DNA of 64,000 nucleotides from a virus (IMGVR_UViG_3300042367_000058:2203-66202), one strand, 5' to 3'. Numbered from the stretch's first letter, positions 1 to 10,495 are shown. The notes: generated by a model from the sequence alone, not told the origin. Numbers and translations are program-made.

Positions 1-669
1 ACACAGGCAAACATTGCCGCTAATCAGGCAGACCTGACCATCACCCGGATCAGCGTTTCAACGTATGCCACGATCCCCAACAAAATCACCCAAGCCAGAC
101 CCATTCAAATCTGGATCCAGCGGTACAACGGCATGACTTCGCCGGTTGGCGCAACGATTGACCAAGTTGGCGGTATTTCATCTACAGCCACTCAGATCAC
201 CCTTGATTCTGTGGACGGCCTGCCAGCATCCGGGTTTGTGAAGATTGAGAATGAGATCATCAACTACGGCTACATCACAGGTAATACCCTGTTTAACTGC
301 TTTCGTGCCCAGCAAAACACAGCCGCAGCAAGCCATGCCGACAATACCCCCGTTTACTGGCAGCAGGTGCCCGCTGTAACCGTCTGGCCGACGCCAGACA
401 ACGCACAGCAGTACACGTTGGTTTATTGGCGTCTACGCCGCACCCAAGACGCCGGTGGCGGTGTAAACATCATGGACGTTCCATTCCGGTTCATTCCATG
501 CATGGCGGCTGGATTGTCGTATTACATCGCCGCCAAGATCCCAACTGGCGCAGAGCGTATTCCGATGCTGAAGGCTCAGTATGACGAGGCGTGGGAATTG
601 GCTGCTCAAGAGGATCATGAGAAAGCTGCGTTGCGGCTTGTGCCCCGCCAGACCTACATTGGGAGATAA
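1..669 (+). CDS. Head-tail adaptor / tail tubular-type virion protein, 5'-partial (allelic variant of 62639..63568)
   Basis: Frame open from base 1 (TQANIAANQADLTITRISVSTYAT); closely similar to the C-terminal two-thirds of 62639..63568. Confidence 0.75.
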   Translation, partial: TQANIAANQADLTITRISVSTYATIPNKITQARPIQIWIQRYNGMTSPVGATIDQVGGISSTATQITLDSVDGLPASGFVKIENEIINYGYITGNTLFNCFRAQQNTAAASHADNTPVYWQQVPAVTVWPTPDNAQQYTLVYWRLRRTQDAGGGVNIMDVPFRFIPCMAAGLSYYIAAKIPTGAERIPMLKAQYDEAWELAAQEDHEKAALRLVPRQTYIGR

Positions 670-671
670 CG

Positions 672-1097
672 GTGGGTAACAGATTTGCCAGTGGCAAGTT
701 TGCGATTGCTCAATGTGATCGCTGCGACCAACGGTTTAAGTTGAGCATCTTGAAGACTGAGATCATCAAGACTAAGAACTACAACCTGCTGGTTTGCCCT
801 GAGTGCTGGGATCCTGATCAACCGCAATTGCAGTTGGGCATGTTCCCGGTGGACGACCCGCAGGCTTTGAGGAATCCTCGCCCTGACCGCAGTTATTTGC
901 TGTCAGGAACAAATGGCTTGCAGACTGATCCAACTGGGTCAGGTTTGGCTGGCCCGGGCACACCAGAAGCTGGTAGTCGGATCTTCCAGTGGGGATGGAA
1001 TCCTGTTGGTGGGTCTTCGTTTTTTGATGCTGCCCTAACGCCAAACAACTTGGTATTAGCGGTAGAACTTGGTACAGTAACGGTTACAACGACATAA
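672..1097 (+). CDS. Conserved phage protein with CxxC...CxxC Zn-ribbon (variant of 63568..63996)
   Basis: CDRC and CPEC motifs; near-identical to 63568..63996. Confidence 0.8.
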   Translation: MGNRFASGKFAIAQCDRCDQRFKLSILKTEIIKTKNYNLLVCPECWDPDQPQLQLGMFPVDDPQALRNPRPDRSYLLSGTNGLQTDPTGSGLAGPGTPEAGSRIFQWGWNPVGGSSFFDAALTPNNLVLAVELGTVTVTTT

Positions 1098-1101
1098 GGA
1101 G
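975..1101 (+). repeat. 127-bp exact direct repeat of the window end (63874..64000)
   Basis: Direct comparison: agtcggatcttcc...acataaggag identical; sequences upstream of it diverge. Confidence 0.92.
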
Positions 1102-1106
1102 TCGAT

Positions 1107-1295
1107 ATGGACACAAAATCAGTTAAACGCATTGCCAGCAAAGAAGTGAAATCTCACGAAAAACGCATGCATCCCGACGCTAAAAAAATGCGTGCTGGTG
1201 GCAAGACTAACAGCGACATGCTGAAGATGGGCCGTGGCTTGGCTAAAGTTGCCAACCAAATGAGCCCCGGTCGTCGTTCTGGTCGTGGAGGTTAA
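1107..1295 (+). CDS. Small basic late protein (MRAGG motif)
   Basis: SD AAGGAG upstream; K/R-rich. Confidence 0.75.
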   Translation: MDTKSVKRIASKEVKSHEKRMHPDAKKMRAGGKTNSDMLKMGRGLAKVANQMSPGRRSGRGG

Positions 1296-1297
1296 TC

Positions 1298-1558
1298 ATG
1301 GCTAAATACAGCATGAAAAAAGGCGGCAAAGAAGTTGGCCCAGCCAGCGTTTACGCCGAGCCACACACAATGACTGGCAAGAAGCTCAAGATTGAGCCCG
1401 CTGGCGTGAGCAACAATAAAGAGTACATGCGCAAGGCAAACGTCTCTGTGGCTAACACACACAGCAATGACTACCCAGAGCCCAAAACCACTGGTATCAA
1501 AATCCGTGGCACAGGCGCAGCAACTAAAGGCTTGATGGCCAGAGGCCCGATGGCATGA
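1298..1558 (+). CDS. Small basic late protein (MKKGG and RGTGAATKG motifs)
   Basis: SD GGAGG; motifs shared with the 60.8-62.4 kb cluster. Confidence 0.8.
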   Translation: MAKYSMKKGGKEVGPASVYAEPHTMTGKKLKIEPAGVSNNKEYMRKANVSVANTHSNDYPEPKTTGIKIRGTGAATKGLMARGPMA

Positions 1559-2283
1559 CCTACGCCCAGTTGATCGCTGCAATTCAAAGCTATGTAGAGA
1601 ATACGTTCCCAGCAACGTATCTTGCCGATGGAAGTACTGTGTCCTCAACGACCCAGTTAAACACTTTCATCACGCAGGCTGAGCAGCGCATCTACAACAC
1701 GGTTCAGTTCCCATCGTTGCGTAAGAACGTGACGGGTATCACATCAAATGGCAACAAGTACTTGTCGTGTCCGGCAGATTTTCTGGCGACGTATTCGTTG
1801 GCCGTTGAGACTGCGGACGGGCAAGAGTTCTTGCTGAACAAGGATGTGAACTTCATCCGTCAGGCGTATCCCAAGGCTACTGACACAGCGACACCCAAGT
1901 ACTACGCTCTGTTTGGCCCGACAACCACAAACGACCCCAGCCCCGTCATCACCAATGAGTTGAGCTTCATTCTTGGCCCAACACCTGATGCGGCTTACAA
2001 CGTCGAGCTTCACTATTACTACTATCCCGAGTCCATCACTGTTGCGGCTTCTGGCCAGACTTGGTTGGGCGACAACTTTGACACCGTGCTGTTGTACGGA
2101 TCATTGGTCGAGGCTTACACGTTCATGAAGGGCGAGCAAGACATCATTGCTTTGTATGACGGCAAGTACAAAGAAGCACTTGCATTGGCTCAACGTCTGG
2201 GTGATGGTCTGGAGCGTAGCGATGCATACCGAAGTGGCCAGTTCAGAGTTCCGCCTCTGGCCCAGAATAACGGAGTGCGTTGA
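1555..2283 (+). CDS. Putative tail adaptor/connector protein
   Basis: FITQAEQRI...LLYGSLVEAY pattern typical of phage adaptors; position in tail module. Confidence 0.6.
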   Translation: MTYAQLIAAIQSYVENTFPATYLADGSTVSSTTQLNTFITQAEQRIYNTVQFPSLRKNVTGITSNGNKYLSCPADFLATYSLAVETADGQEFLLNKDVNFIRQAYPKATDTATPKYYALFGPTTTNDPSPVITNELSFILGPTPDAAYNVELHYYYYPESITVAASGQTWLGDNFDTVLLYGSLVEAYTFMKGEQDIIALYDGKYKEALALAQRLGDGLERSDAYRSGQFRVPPLAQNNGVR

Positions 2284-2705
2284 TGGCTTTTACCGGCAAC
2301 TATTCATGCAACACTTTGCGTACCGGGCTTATGAACGGAACGATGAATTTTTCATCAAACCAATTCAAGCTGGCTCTGTACACAAATGCTGCAACACTGG
2401 ATGAAACGACCACAGGCTACACGACCACAGGCGAGGCATCTGGTGGGAATTATGTGGCTACCGGGCAAGTAATTGCCGCCACTGTATCCACGGCCACAAC
2501 ATCGGCTGGTAGCGTTGTGTATGTCACGTTCGCTTCCCCAGCATGGACTGGATCAATCACTGCTCGCGGTGCTTTGATCTACAACAACACTACTGGCGCT
2601 GCCGTCTGTGTTCTGGACTTTGGCAACGACAAAACATCAACTTCAACTTTCACTGTAACGATGCCTGCTGATACCAGCACATCAGCACTCATTAGGCTTG
2701 TATAA
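2283..2705 (+). CDS. Virion structural protein
   Basis: FKLALYT...ARGALIYN...VLDFG pattern common in phage tail-associated proteins. Confidence 0.65.
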   Translation: MAFTGNYSCNTLRTGLMNGTMNFSSNQFKLALYTNAATLDETTTGYTTTGEASGGNYVATGQVIAATVSTATTSAGSVVYVTFASPAWTGSITARGALIYNNTTGAAVCVLDFGNDKTSTSTFTVTMPADTSTSALIRLV

Positions 2706-2714
2706 GGAGCGACT

Positions 2715-3290
2715 ATGTTTAACGAAAAAGCAACTTCAACAGACACCGTAAGCGCGGGTCTTGTCGCTCGTACTGGAGCCGATTCTGGTGCGCGGGCAGG
2801 CGGCGTGTTCCACGTTCAGTGTCTTGACAAAGACGGTAACCTGAAGTGGGAAGACCAAATGCACAACCTCGTGGTCAACGAAGGTTTGCAGAACATGAAT
2901 ACCCAGTACTTCAAGGGTTCAACCTATACCGCTGCTTTCTTCCTCGGTTTAATTACTGGCCCCGGTTCTGGTACAACCTTTGCCGCAGCCGACACTCTGG
3001 CTTCTAAAGCATGGACTGAGTACACCGACTACTCTGGCTCACGCAAGGCCGTGACTTTTGGTACGGCTACAACCGCAGACCCATCCGTCATCAGCAACTC
3101 TGCTTCACCCTCTTCCTTCACCATTTCTGGCGCAGGTGGCGTTATCGCTGGCGCATTTCTGTGTACCGTGTCCAGCGGCACGTCAGGCGTATTGTTCTCC
3201 GAGTCAGATTTCCAGTCTCCCGGCGACCGCACCGTTGTGTCTGGTGACACTCTGAACGTGACCTACACATTCAGCCTTGACGCTGCATAA
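2715..3290 (+). CDS. Virion structural protein (tail-associated)
   Basis: SD AAGGAG; NLVVNEG...GDTLNVTY pattern. Confidence 0.65.
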   Translation: MFNEKATSTDTVSAGLVARTGADSGARAGGVFHVQCLDKDGNLKWEDQMHNLVVNEGLQNMNTQYFKGSTYTAAFFLGLITGPGSGTTFAAADTLASKAWTEYTDYSGSRKAVTFGTATTADPSVISNSASPSSFTISGAGGVIAGAFLCTVSSGTSGVLFSESDFQSPGDRTVVSGDTLNVTYTFSLDAA

Positions 3291-3293
3291 CGT

Positions 3294-4214
3294 GTGTTTG
3301 CTGATGCCCCATTTGCTGCCGCTCCATTTGCTGCGCAAGGTGCAGCGGGGCAGGTATTTGATTCTTCAATAGATGAATCAGCGGCGGGGACAGATTCGGT
3401 AGCAGCCCTTGCGGTTTTTCCCACATCTGTTGCAGAGGCTTCTACAGGGGCAGACAGCGTAGCGGTGGCTGCGTCTAACTTCAATACAGACATTGCGGAA
3501 ACTGCCGTTATTGGGGACGCTCCCAGCGCCTTGGTTGATTTTGTTTCGTCCATAGCGGAAACAGCCGCAGGAGCAGACTCGGTAAGCAGCTTGGTTGATT
3601 TCAACGGTGTAGTAAATGAAGCGGCTTCTGGGGTCGATTCTGTGTCTTCTTTGGTAGATTTCAGCGTCAATATTGCTGAAACTGCTACCGCTTCCGACTC
3701 AGCCGCAGCCTTTGCGGCGTTCTTGGCGACGATTCTTGAGACTGCCACAGCGGCGGATTCTGCCAGTGCGACAACCTCCTACCCGGCAAGTGTTAGCGAG
3801 AGCGCCACAGCTTCAGAAACCGTCAACGCACAAGCGGTCTTCCCCTCCCAGATTTCTGAATCAACCACGGCGGCGGACAGTGTTTTGGTGGCCCCGTCCA
3901 CGTTTAACGCAACTATCAGCGAGACCGCCCAAGTATTGGATACGGTCTTTGCAAGTGCGGTCTTTTTTGCTACCATCACTGAAGGTGCGGTAGCCGCAGA
4001 TCAGATCATTGCAAGGCTGCTTTGGGAGATCATCAACGATGCGCAAACGGCGGATTGGGGCAATATCAACGCCTCACAAACAACAACTTGGGCGACGATT
4101 GGGACAGCCCAGACAGATGGATGGCAGAACATCAACGCCGCTCAGAATGCCGGTTGGACAGTCATATACGACGGTCAAACTGACACATGGCAAGTAATCA
4201 AAACGCAGGGCTGA
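3294..4214 (+). CDS. Repeat-rich tail-associated protein
   Basis: ~19-aa E-x-A-x-x-x-D repeats; C-terminal Q-x-x-x-W repeats. Confidence 0.65.
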   Translation: MFADAPFAAAPFAAQGAAGQVFDSSIDESAAGTDSVAALAVFPTSVAEASTGADSVAVAASNFNTDIAETAVIGDAPSALVDFVSSIAETAAGADSVSSLVDFNGVVNEAASGVDSVSSLVDFSVNIAETATASDSAAAFAAFLATILETATAADSASATTSYPASVSESATASETVNAQAVFPSQISESTTAADSVLVAPSTFNATISETAQVLDTVFASAVFFATITEGAVAADQIIARLLWEIINDAQTADWGNINASQTTTWATIGTAQTDGWQNINAAQNAGWTVIYDGQTDTWQVIKTQG

Positions 4215-4218
4215 CCAA

Positions 4219-7200
4219 ATGGCATTCGTAGTCAAAGACAGAGTTCAAGAAACGACCACCACCGCTGGTACAGGAACAGTGACTCTTGGCGGCGCGGTTC
4301 TGGGCTTTCAGACGTTTGCAATTATTGGCGACGGTAACACTACGTACTACGCAATTGCCAACCCAACTACGGGGGAGTGGGAAGTAGGTCTTGGCACATA
4401 CACAGCTTCTGGCACAACGTTAAGCCGCACCACTGTTTTTGAATCCAGCAATTCTGGCAGCTTGGTTAATTTTGCCGCTGGCTCAAAGAACGTGTTTTGT
4501 ACATACCCAGCGGAAAGGGCGGTGTATTTAGATGCGGCGGGGTCTGCTGTAACCGTTTTAGATATTGGCACACTGGGCGCAAGCACTGCAAACATTACAA
4601 CGGCCAATATTACATCCGGCACAGTTTCAACAACGCCAACCAACAACACCGACATTGTCAACAAGGCGTATGCGGATGCGATTGCATCGGGTATTCACTT
4701 CCATGAAGCTGTAGCTTTAGCAACTACAACAACGCTACCAGCAAACACATACAACAACGGCACATCCGGGGTGGGGGCAACGCTTACAGGAAACGCTAAC
4801 GGCGCTTTGTCTGTGGACTCAACGCTTACTGTCGTTACAGAACGCATACTTGTAAAAAACGAAGCGGCAGGTGCAAACAACGGTGTTTATACGGTTACTC
4901 AGGTTGGCTCTGCTGGAACACCATACATACTGACCCGCGCTACAGATTTTGATACTGTTGGCACTGGGGTTGACCAGATTGACGAGGGCGACTTTTTCTT
5001 GGTGACCAGCGGTACTGCTAACGTCAACACCGCTTGGGTGCAGCAGACTGCTCCTCCTATAACGATTGGCACGACAGCGATTGTTTTTCAGCAGTTCTCT
5101 GCGCCAATTACATACACGGCGGGTACAGGGCTGAGTGAGTCCCCAACCTACACATTCAATATTGCCAACACTGGTACGGCGGGTACATATGGCTCAGCAT
5201 CATCAGTCCCAGTATTCACAACCAACGCGCAAGGGCAAGTGACCGGCGTTAGCCCCACGGGTATTGCCATTTCTTCGGCGGCAGTTTCAGGCTTGGCAGC
5301 TTCAGCAACAACGGATACAACTGATGCTTCAAATATCACAACAGGTACGTTGGGCACTTCACGGTTGTCTGGCAGCTACACGGGCGTTACTGGAGTCGGT
5401 ACTCTTACTGCTGGTACTTGGAACGCTACAGCTATTGGTGCTGTTTACGGCGGCACTGGCCTTACCTCTTACGCTGTGGGAGATTTGCTCTACGCAGATA
5501 CGACTACGTCGCTCGCAACGCTTGCGGATGCGGCAGTTGGCAACGCCCTGATCTCTGGCGGTGTTAGCGCAAACCCAAGCTGGGGCAAGATTGGTTTGGC
5601 AACGCATGTCAGCGGAACACTGCCAATCGCCAACGGCGGCACAGGCTCTACATCAACCACTTTCGTGGACTTGGCCACCAACGTCACAGGAACACTGCCT
5701 GTCGGTAATGGCGGTACAGGCGCAGCAACATTCACAGCCAACAACGTCTTGCTGGGTAACGGCACTTCAGCGCTTCAGGTCGTAGCCCCCGGTACAAACG
5801 GTAACGTACTTCAGTCTAATGGCACAACTTGGGTGTCTGCTTCAGCCCCAAGCACTATGGTCTATCCCGGCGCAGGCATACCCAACTCCACAGGTACATC
5901 GTGGGCTACGTCTTACTCCACAACAGGCTCCGGCACCGTGGTTGCGTTGGCTACTTCGCCAAGCTTTACAACCCCAATTTTGGGGACACCCCAGTCTGGC
6001 AACTTCAGCACAGGCACATTTACTTGGCCTACTTTTAACCAGAACACTACTGGCAATGCGGCTACTGCAACAACTGCAACAACCTTGTCCAGCGGGCAAA
6101 CAAACTGGAGCGGTACAGGCGTTCTTGGTAACGTGGTTGGTTTGATGGCATGGAAGAACTACGGTAATAGCCATGTAATTTTTGATGCTTCCAATAGCAC
6201 ATCGCCAAGCGGCACAAGCGTAAACAACACTAATTCCACAGGTGCTTGGATAGCAACTTATCCTACATTGATGGGCTGGAACGGTGCAAACACCTACGGC
6301 GTTCGTGTTGACTCTGCAAGAGTTTCTGATTCAACTTCGGGAAATGCGGCTACTGCAACAACTGCAACAAACCAATCTGGCGGCACAGTTAGCGCTACCA
6401 CCGGCGCTTTTAGCAGCACTATCACCAGCTCATTTGCGCCCGCAGCCATCAACACAACAACTCCGGGCTTGACAAACTATGGCCAAGTGTTTAACGGGAC
6501 TTCTAGCACAAACAATGCGCAAGCACTTACATGGACATGGAACTCTGGCGGCGGAGCGCAGGCTGGGATTTATGTGCAATCATCTGGCGCATTTGGTACC
6601 AAGATGTATTTGGCTACCACCGATGACTTTGCAACAGGGGCAAAGACGGCGGTCACTATTGACCACACCGGCGCTGTAACTCTTAATCGTAGCTCGCTAT
6701 CAATTGGTAGCGGTAACTACGCCAGATTCGGCCCAAATCCCACATGGGCTGCAACTTTGCAAGTTGGCGGGGATGGTGTTAACGGAATTACACGCACGGC
6801 AAGTTTTGCGTCTGTTGTAACAACAGACGGCAATTTACATTTGGATTCTGGTACTAGTAAAGCAATGTACTTGAATTACTACGCTGGTACTGGCGGTATT
6901 GTTTTTGGGAATGGCGCGTCTGGAACAGCGGGCTCCATATCTGCCGCTGGAGCACTTTCGGTATCTACCGTTAACGGCTTTACACCAACCGCATCAATTG
7001 CGAGCAATCGGCTCGTTGCTACTGACGCGAACGGATACATTTTTACCAATTATTTCAACTCAACCGACAACGCTATTTCTTCCGGTGTGACGGCAATAAT
7101 GGCCAAGCAGGGCGACAACTACTATCGTTCCGCAAGTGCGGCGGCAGTAGCCTCTTTCATAAATGGTCAGTCAATCCTCGCCACCCAAATAACGAACGCA

Positions 7201-8025
7201 GGTACTGGTATTTACGCCGCCTCCTCCGGCACATCCTATAGTAATGTTGTTTGTGTTCGTGAAGCGGGAAATGGTGGTGCTGGCGCTTCTGCTCCTAGGC
7301 TTGGTTTTCATTGGGGCGGGGTTGTGGCTTCCAGTATCGCCATTGAAACCAGCGGACGCATTGCTATAACAAACAACCCCGGCACTGGATATGAAGCCTT
7401 TGTTTGTGGCACGTTTACCAGCCCTCAAATTGCAACAAATACGACCACAACTTATGGCGGGGCGACACAATCAGCGTCAAAGAATGGTTACTTCGGCTAT
7501 TTGATGGGCACCTCAACCAATCATTTGAATGCAATGGCTGACGCTTCTGGTAACGGCGGTTTTTACCGAGAATCAAACGGCGTTTGGCCCCTTTATTACC
7601 TTGTGTCAAATGGTGGCATTGGGATAATGACATCCACAACGTCTTCTTCGTATGCAATGTATGTGGCTGGGTCAATCTATGCGACAGCCAACGTGGTTGC
7701 GTATTCAGACCGCAGAGCCAAGAAGGACGTAGTTACCATTGACAATGCGCTTGAAAAAACAAACAAGCTGCGGGGCGTGTACTACAAGAAAATTGAAGAA
7801 GACATTAAAGATGAAGCCCATCACGACAAACGCCAGATGGGTGTCATTGCTCAAGAGGTGTTGGAAATTGCCCCAGAGGTTGTGACTTACGATAAAGAAA
7901 ACGACAAGTACGGTGTAGCTTACGCAAACATGGCTGGCTTGTTCATTGAAGCCATCAAGGAGCTGACCGACAAAGTGGCAACGCTTGAGGCAAAATTGGA
8001 ACAATCAATAAAGGATAAATCATGA
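4219..8025 (+). CDS. Tail fibre 1 with C-terminal intramolecular chaperone (peptidase S74)
   Basis: DRVQETTTTAGTG N-terminus, GTLPxxNGGTG repeats, SDRRAK...GVIAQEV...YANM autocleavage domain. Confidence 0.88.
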   Translation: MAFVVKDRVQETTTTAGTGTVTLGGAVLGFQTFAIIGDGNTTYYAIANPTTGEWEVGLGTYTASGTTLSRTTVFESSNSGSLVNFAAGSKNVFCTYPAERAVYLDAAGSAVTVLDIGTLGASTANITTANITSGTVSTTPTNNTDIVNKAYADAIASGIHFHEAVALATTTTLPANTYNNGTSGVGATLTGNANGALSVDSTLTVVTERILVKNEAAGANNGVYTVTQVGSAGTPYILTRATDFDTVGTGVDQIDEGDFFLVTSGTANVNTAWVQQTAPPITIGTTAIVFQQFSAPITYTAGTGLSESPTYTFNIANTGTAGTYGSASSVPVFTTNAQGQVTGVSPTGIAISSAAVSGLAASATTDTTDASNITTGTLGTSRLSGSYTGVTGVGTLTAGTWNATAIGAVYGGTGLTSYAVGDLLYADTTTSLATLADAAVGNALISGGVSANPSWGKIGLATHVSGTLPIANGGTGSTSTTFVDLATNVTGTLPVGNGGTGAATFTANNVLLGNGTSALQVVAPGTNGNVLQSNGTTWVSASAPSTMVYPGAGIPNSTGTSWATSYSTTGSGTVVALATSPSFTTPILGTPQSGNFSTGTFTWPTFNQNTTGNAATATTATTLSSGQTNWSGTGVLGNVVGLMAWKNYGNSHVIFDASNSTSPSGTSVNNTNSTGAWIATYPTLMGWNGANTYGVRVDSARVSDSTSGNAATATTATNQSGGTVSATTGAFSSTITSSFAPAAINTTTPGLTNYGQVFNGTSSTNNAQALTWTWNSGGGAQAGIYVQSSGAFGTKMYLATTDDFATGAKTAVTIDHTGAVTLNRSSLSIGSGNYARFGPNPTWAATLQVGGDGVNGITRTASFASVVTTDGNLHLDSGTSKAMYLNYYAGTGGIVFGNGASGTAGSISAAGALSVSTVNGFTPTASIASNRLVATDANGYIFTNYFNSTDNAISSGVTAIMAKQGDNYYRSASAAAVASFINGQSILATQITNAGTGIYAASSGTSYSNVVCVREAGNGGAGASAPRLGFHWGGVVASSIAIETSGRIAITNNPGTGYEAFVCGTFTSPQIATNTTTTYGGATQSASKNGYFGYLMGTSTNHLNAMADASGNGGFYRESNGVWPLYYLVSNGGIGIMTSTTSSSYAMYVAGSIYATANVVAYSDRRAKKDVVTIDNALEKTNKLRGVYYKKIEEDIKDEAHHDKRQMGVIAQEVLEIAPEVVTYDKENDKYGVAYANMAGLFIEAIKELTDKVATLEAKLEQSIKDKS
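6055..6370 (+). repeat. 28-bp direct repeat pair (6055-6082, 6343-6370) inside tail fibre 1
   Basis: aatgcggctactgcaacaactgcaacaa seen twice. Confidence 0.8.
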
Positions 8026-8207
8026 ACGACAAAATTAACATTGGCGAAGTAACGGTTGCCGAATTTAACATCATCATGAAGCAATTGGCCGCTGGGCAGC
8101 TTGGCGAGTGCATTGATTTGTTTATGAAACTGAGCAAGCTGGGGCAGGAGTTTCAAGCTATGCAACAAAATGGCGTTCGTCCTCCACCTCCACCCGCCAA
8201 CCAATAA
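8022..8207 (+). CDS. Small hypothetical protein (possible fibre assembly factor)
   Basis: SD AAGGA; between the two fibre genes. Confidence 0.65.
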   Translation: MNDKINIGEVTVAEFNIIMKQLAAGQLGECIDLFMKLSKLGQEFQAMQQNGVRPPPPPANQ

Positions 8208-8217
8208 AGGATGAATC

Positions 8218-10425
8218 ATGAGTTCATATTCACCAGACCTACGCATTGAACTGATCGACGCAGGCGCTCAAGCCGGTACATGGGGCACGACCACAAACAA
8301 CACGTTTGCGTACCTTTTGGAAGCAGCAATTGCCGGGTATCAAACTGTCAGTGTCACAAGCGCCAGCCAAGCCCTGACATACATCAACGGGGCATCTTCT
8401 ACCGTTGCGGATAACCAGTCTGTCTACGCCATGCTGCGTTTCACGACAACCACCGGCGCGGCGTTCAACGTCTATGCTCCCCCAGCGTCAAAGCAGTATA
8501 TCGTGTGGAACGACAGTGGCTACTCGATGATTATTTACAACTCGACTGTAATCGGTAACACCACCGCAGCGGGCACAGGGGTAACAATTGCCAACGGCGC
8601 TAAGGTCATAGTGTGGTCTGATGGCACAAACTTCAACGAGTTGCAAGCATCCTCCATAACTGGAACTTTGGCCATCAACAAAGGCGGCACAGGTCAAGTC
8701 ACAGCCAACGCAGCCTTCAACGCTCTGGCTCCAGTACAAACAAGTGCCAACGGAAGGTATCTGAAATCCGACGGCACAAACACAAGCTGGGATGCCATCG
8801 ACGTTGGTAGCGCTGATATTTCTGGCGTATTGCTCGGGGCTAACGGCGGTACAGGTGTCGCCAACTCAGGCAAGACAATCACTTTGGGGGGCAACCTGAC
8901 CACATCAGGCGCATTTGCAACCACCCTCACAGCTACCAACACAACCTCTGTCACTCTGCCCACAACGGGCACATTGGCAACCTTGGCTGGTACGGAGGCT
9001 CTGAGCAACAAAACTATTACTAGCTCAACCATCAACGGCTCAAGCAACACAATCACAAATGTCAGTTTGACTTCTGGCGTGACTGGAACTTTGCCAATTG
9101 CCAACGGCGGTACAGGGACAACCTCAACTACGTTTGCAAACTTAACCACCAACGTGACAGGCACTTTGCCTGTTGCTAATGGCGGTACAGGGGCTACAAC
9201 ATTTTCTTCCGGCGCATTATTGAAAGGTGCAGGGGGTTCAGCGGTTACCGTTGCAAGTGCGGCGGATATTGTTGGTCAAATTGGATCGACGGCTGTTACA
9301 AATGCAACCAACGCCACGAACGCCACGAACGCCACCAACGCCACGAATGCAACAACAGCAGCATCATGTTCAGGCAACGCGTTAACAGCTACCGGCCCCC
9401 AGTCTGGCGGCACCTTCATTACGTCCGCTAATATTGCCAGTCAGTCAGTAGCTTCTGCAACGAACGCCACGAACGCAACCAATGCCACCAACGCCACAAC
9501 GGCGAGTAACGTATCAGGCACTGTTGCTGTTGCCAACGGCGGCACAGGCGCAACTACTGATTCAGGAGCTAGAAGTAATCTTGGTCTTGGTACTATGGCT
9601 ACTCAAAATAGTAGTAGCGTTAGCATTACAGGCGGTTCAATTTCTGCCCTAACATCTCTTAACTGCACTGGGAATTCTGGAGTATCAACCTCTACCGCAA
9701 TTGGAACTAGCGCCCTAGCAAACGCTTTATCGACCGCTTTTGACAATACGGCTTGTGGGAATACTGCACTTACTTCTGTTACAGGCGGCGACTACAATAC
9801 GGCTGTTGGCTCTCAATCCGGACGTCTTATAGACTCTGGTGCTTACAATGTTTGTATAGGTTTTACAGCAGGTGATAGGATAACATCAGGTAGTGGGAAT
9901 ACTTGCATTGGGTATAGCGCAGATACTAGTAGCGCCACTTCTGCTCAGCAGATTGTTATCGGCGATTCTCTTACAGGACAAGCAGATAGCACTGTAACAA
10001 TTGGAAACTTTGCCGGTAAGATTTATAACGCTTATACAGTAAATGCTACTTGGACTCAAACTTCTGATGAGAGGCTAAAGAAAAATATTCAAGAAGACTC
10101 TCTGGGTCTGTCATTTATCAATCGTTTGCGTCCAGTTAAATACCAGTGGAAGCCAAGCAACGAAATTGACCAGACTCTTCCGTACTATAACGAAAAAAAT
10201 AAACGCGACACAAACACTGTCATGCATGGCCTTATAGCGCAAGAAGTTAAAGCCGCTCTAGATGCTGAAGGGGTAACAACTTTTGCTGGTTGGGATGTTG
10301 GAGCGGACACAATTCAAGCCATCTCAAGAGAAATGTTTATTTCTCCGTTAATAAACGCCATTAAAGAGTTAAACGCCAAACTGGACAGTGTTCAGGCTGA
10401 GCTCACTGCACTTAAAGCGAAGTAA
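8218..10425 (+). CDS. Tail fibre 2 with C-terminal S74 chaperone
   Basis: GTWGTTTN N-terminus, NGGTG repeats, (NAT)n tracts, SDERLK...GLIAQEV. Confidence 0.88.
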   Translation: MSSYSPDLRIELIDAGAQAGTWGTTTNNTFAYLLEAAIAGYQTVSVTSASQALTYINGASSTVADNQSVYAMLRFTTTTGAAFNVYAPPASKQYIVWNDSGYSMIIYNSTVIGNTTAAGTGVTIANGAKVIVWSDGTNFNELQASSITGTLAINKGGTGQVTANAAFNALAPVQTSANGRYLKSDGTNTSWDAIDVGSADISGVLLGANGGTGVANSGKTITLGGNLTTSGAFATTLTATNTTSVTLPTTGTLATLAGTEALSNKTITSSTINGSSNTITNVSLTSGVTGTLPIANGGTGTTSTTFANLTTNVTGTLPVANGGTGATTFSSGALLKGAGGSAVTVASAADIVGQIGSTAVTNATNATNATNATNATNATTAASCSGNALTATGPQSGGTFITSANIASQSVASATNATNATNATNATTASNVSGTVAVANGGTGATTDSGARSNLGLGTMATQNSSSVSITGGSISALTSLNCTGNSGVSTSTAIGTSALANALSTAFDNTACGNTALTSVTGGDYNTAVGSQSGRLIDSGAYNVCIGFTAGDRITSGSGNTCIGYSADTSSATSAQQIVIGDSLTGQADSTVTIGNFAGKIYNAYTVNATWTQTSDERLKKNIQEDSLGLSFINRLRPVKYQWKPSNEIDQTLPYYNEKNKRDTNTVMHGLIAQEVKAALDAEGVTTFAGWDVGADTIQAISREMFISPLINAIKELNAKLDSVQAELTALKAK
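9301..9500 (+). repeat. Two in-frame 9-bp tandem tracts encoding (NAT)n
   Basis: aacgccacg/aatgcaacc units at ~9301-9354 and ~9462-9500. Confidence 0.85.
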
Positions 10426-10481
10426 AAATTGATCCAATCTCCACCCTCTTCGCCGCAAATGCTTGTGTCGCCGCAATTAAG
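10426..10481 (+). repeat. ~55-bp direct repeat, copy 1 (relic of the 5' end of gene 11597..12292)
   Basis: aaattgatccaatctcca(c/t)cctcttcgccgcaaatgcttgtgtcgc matches 11595-11650. Confidence 0.9.
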
Positions 10482-10495
10482 ATACGGAGTAAAAA

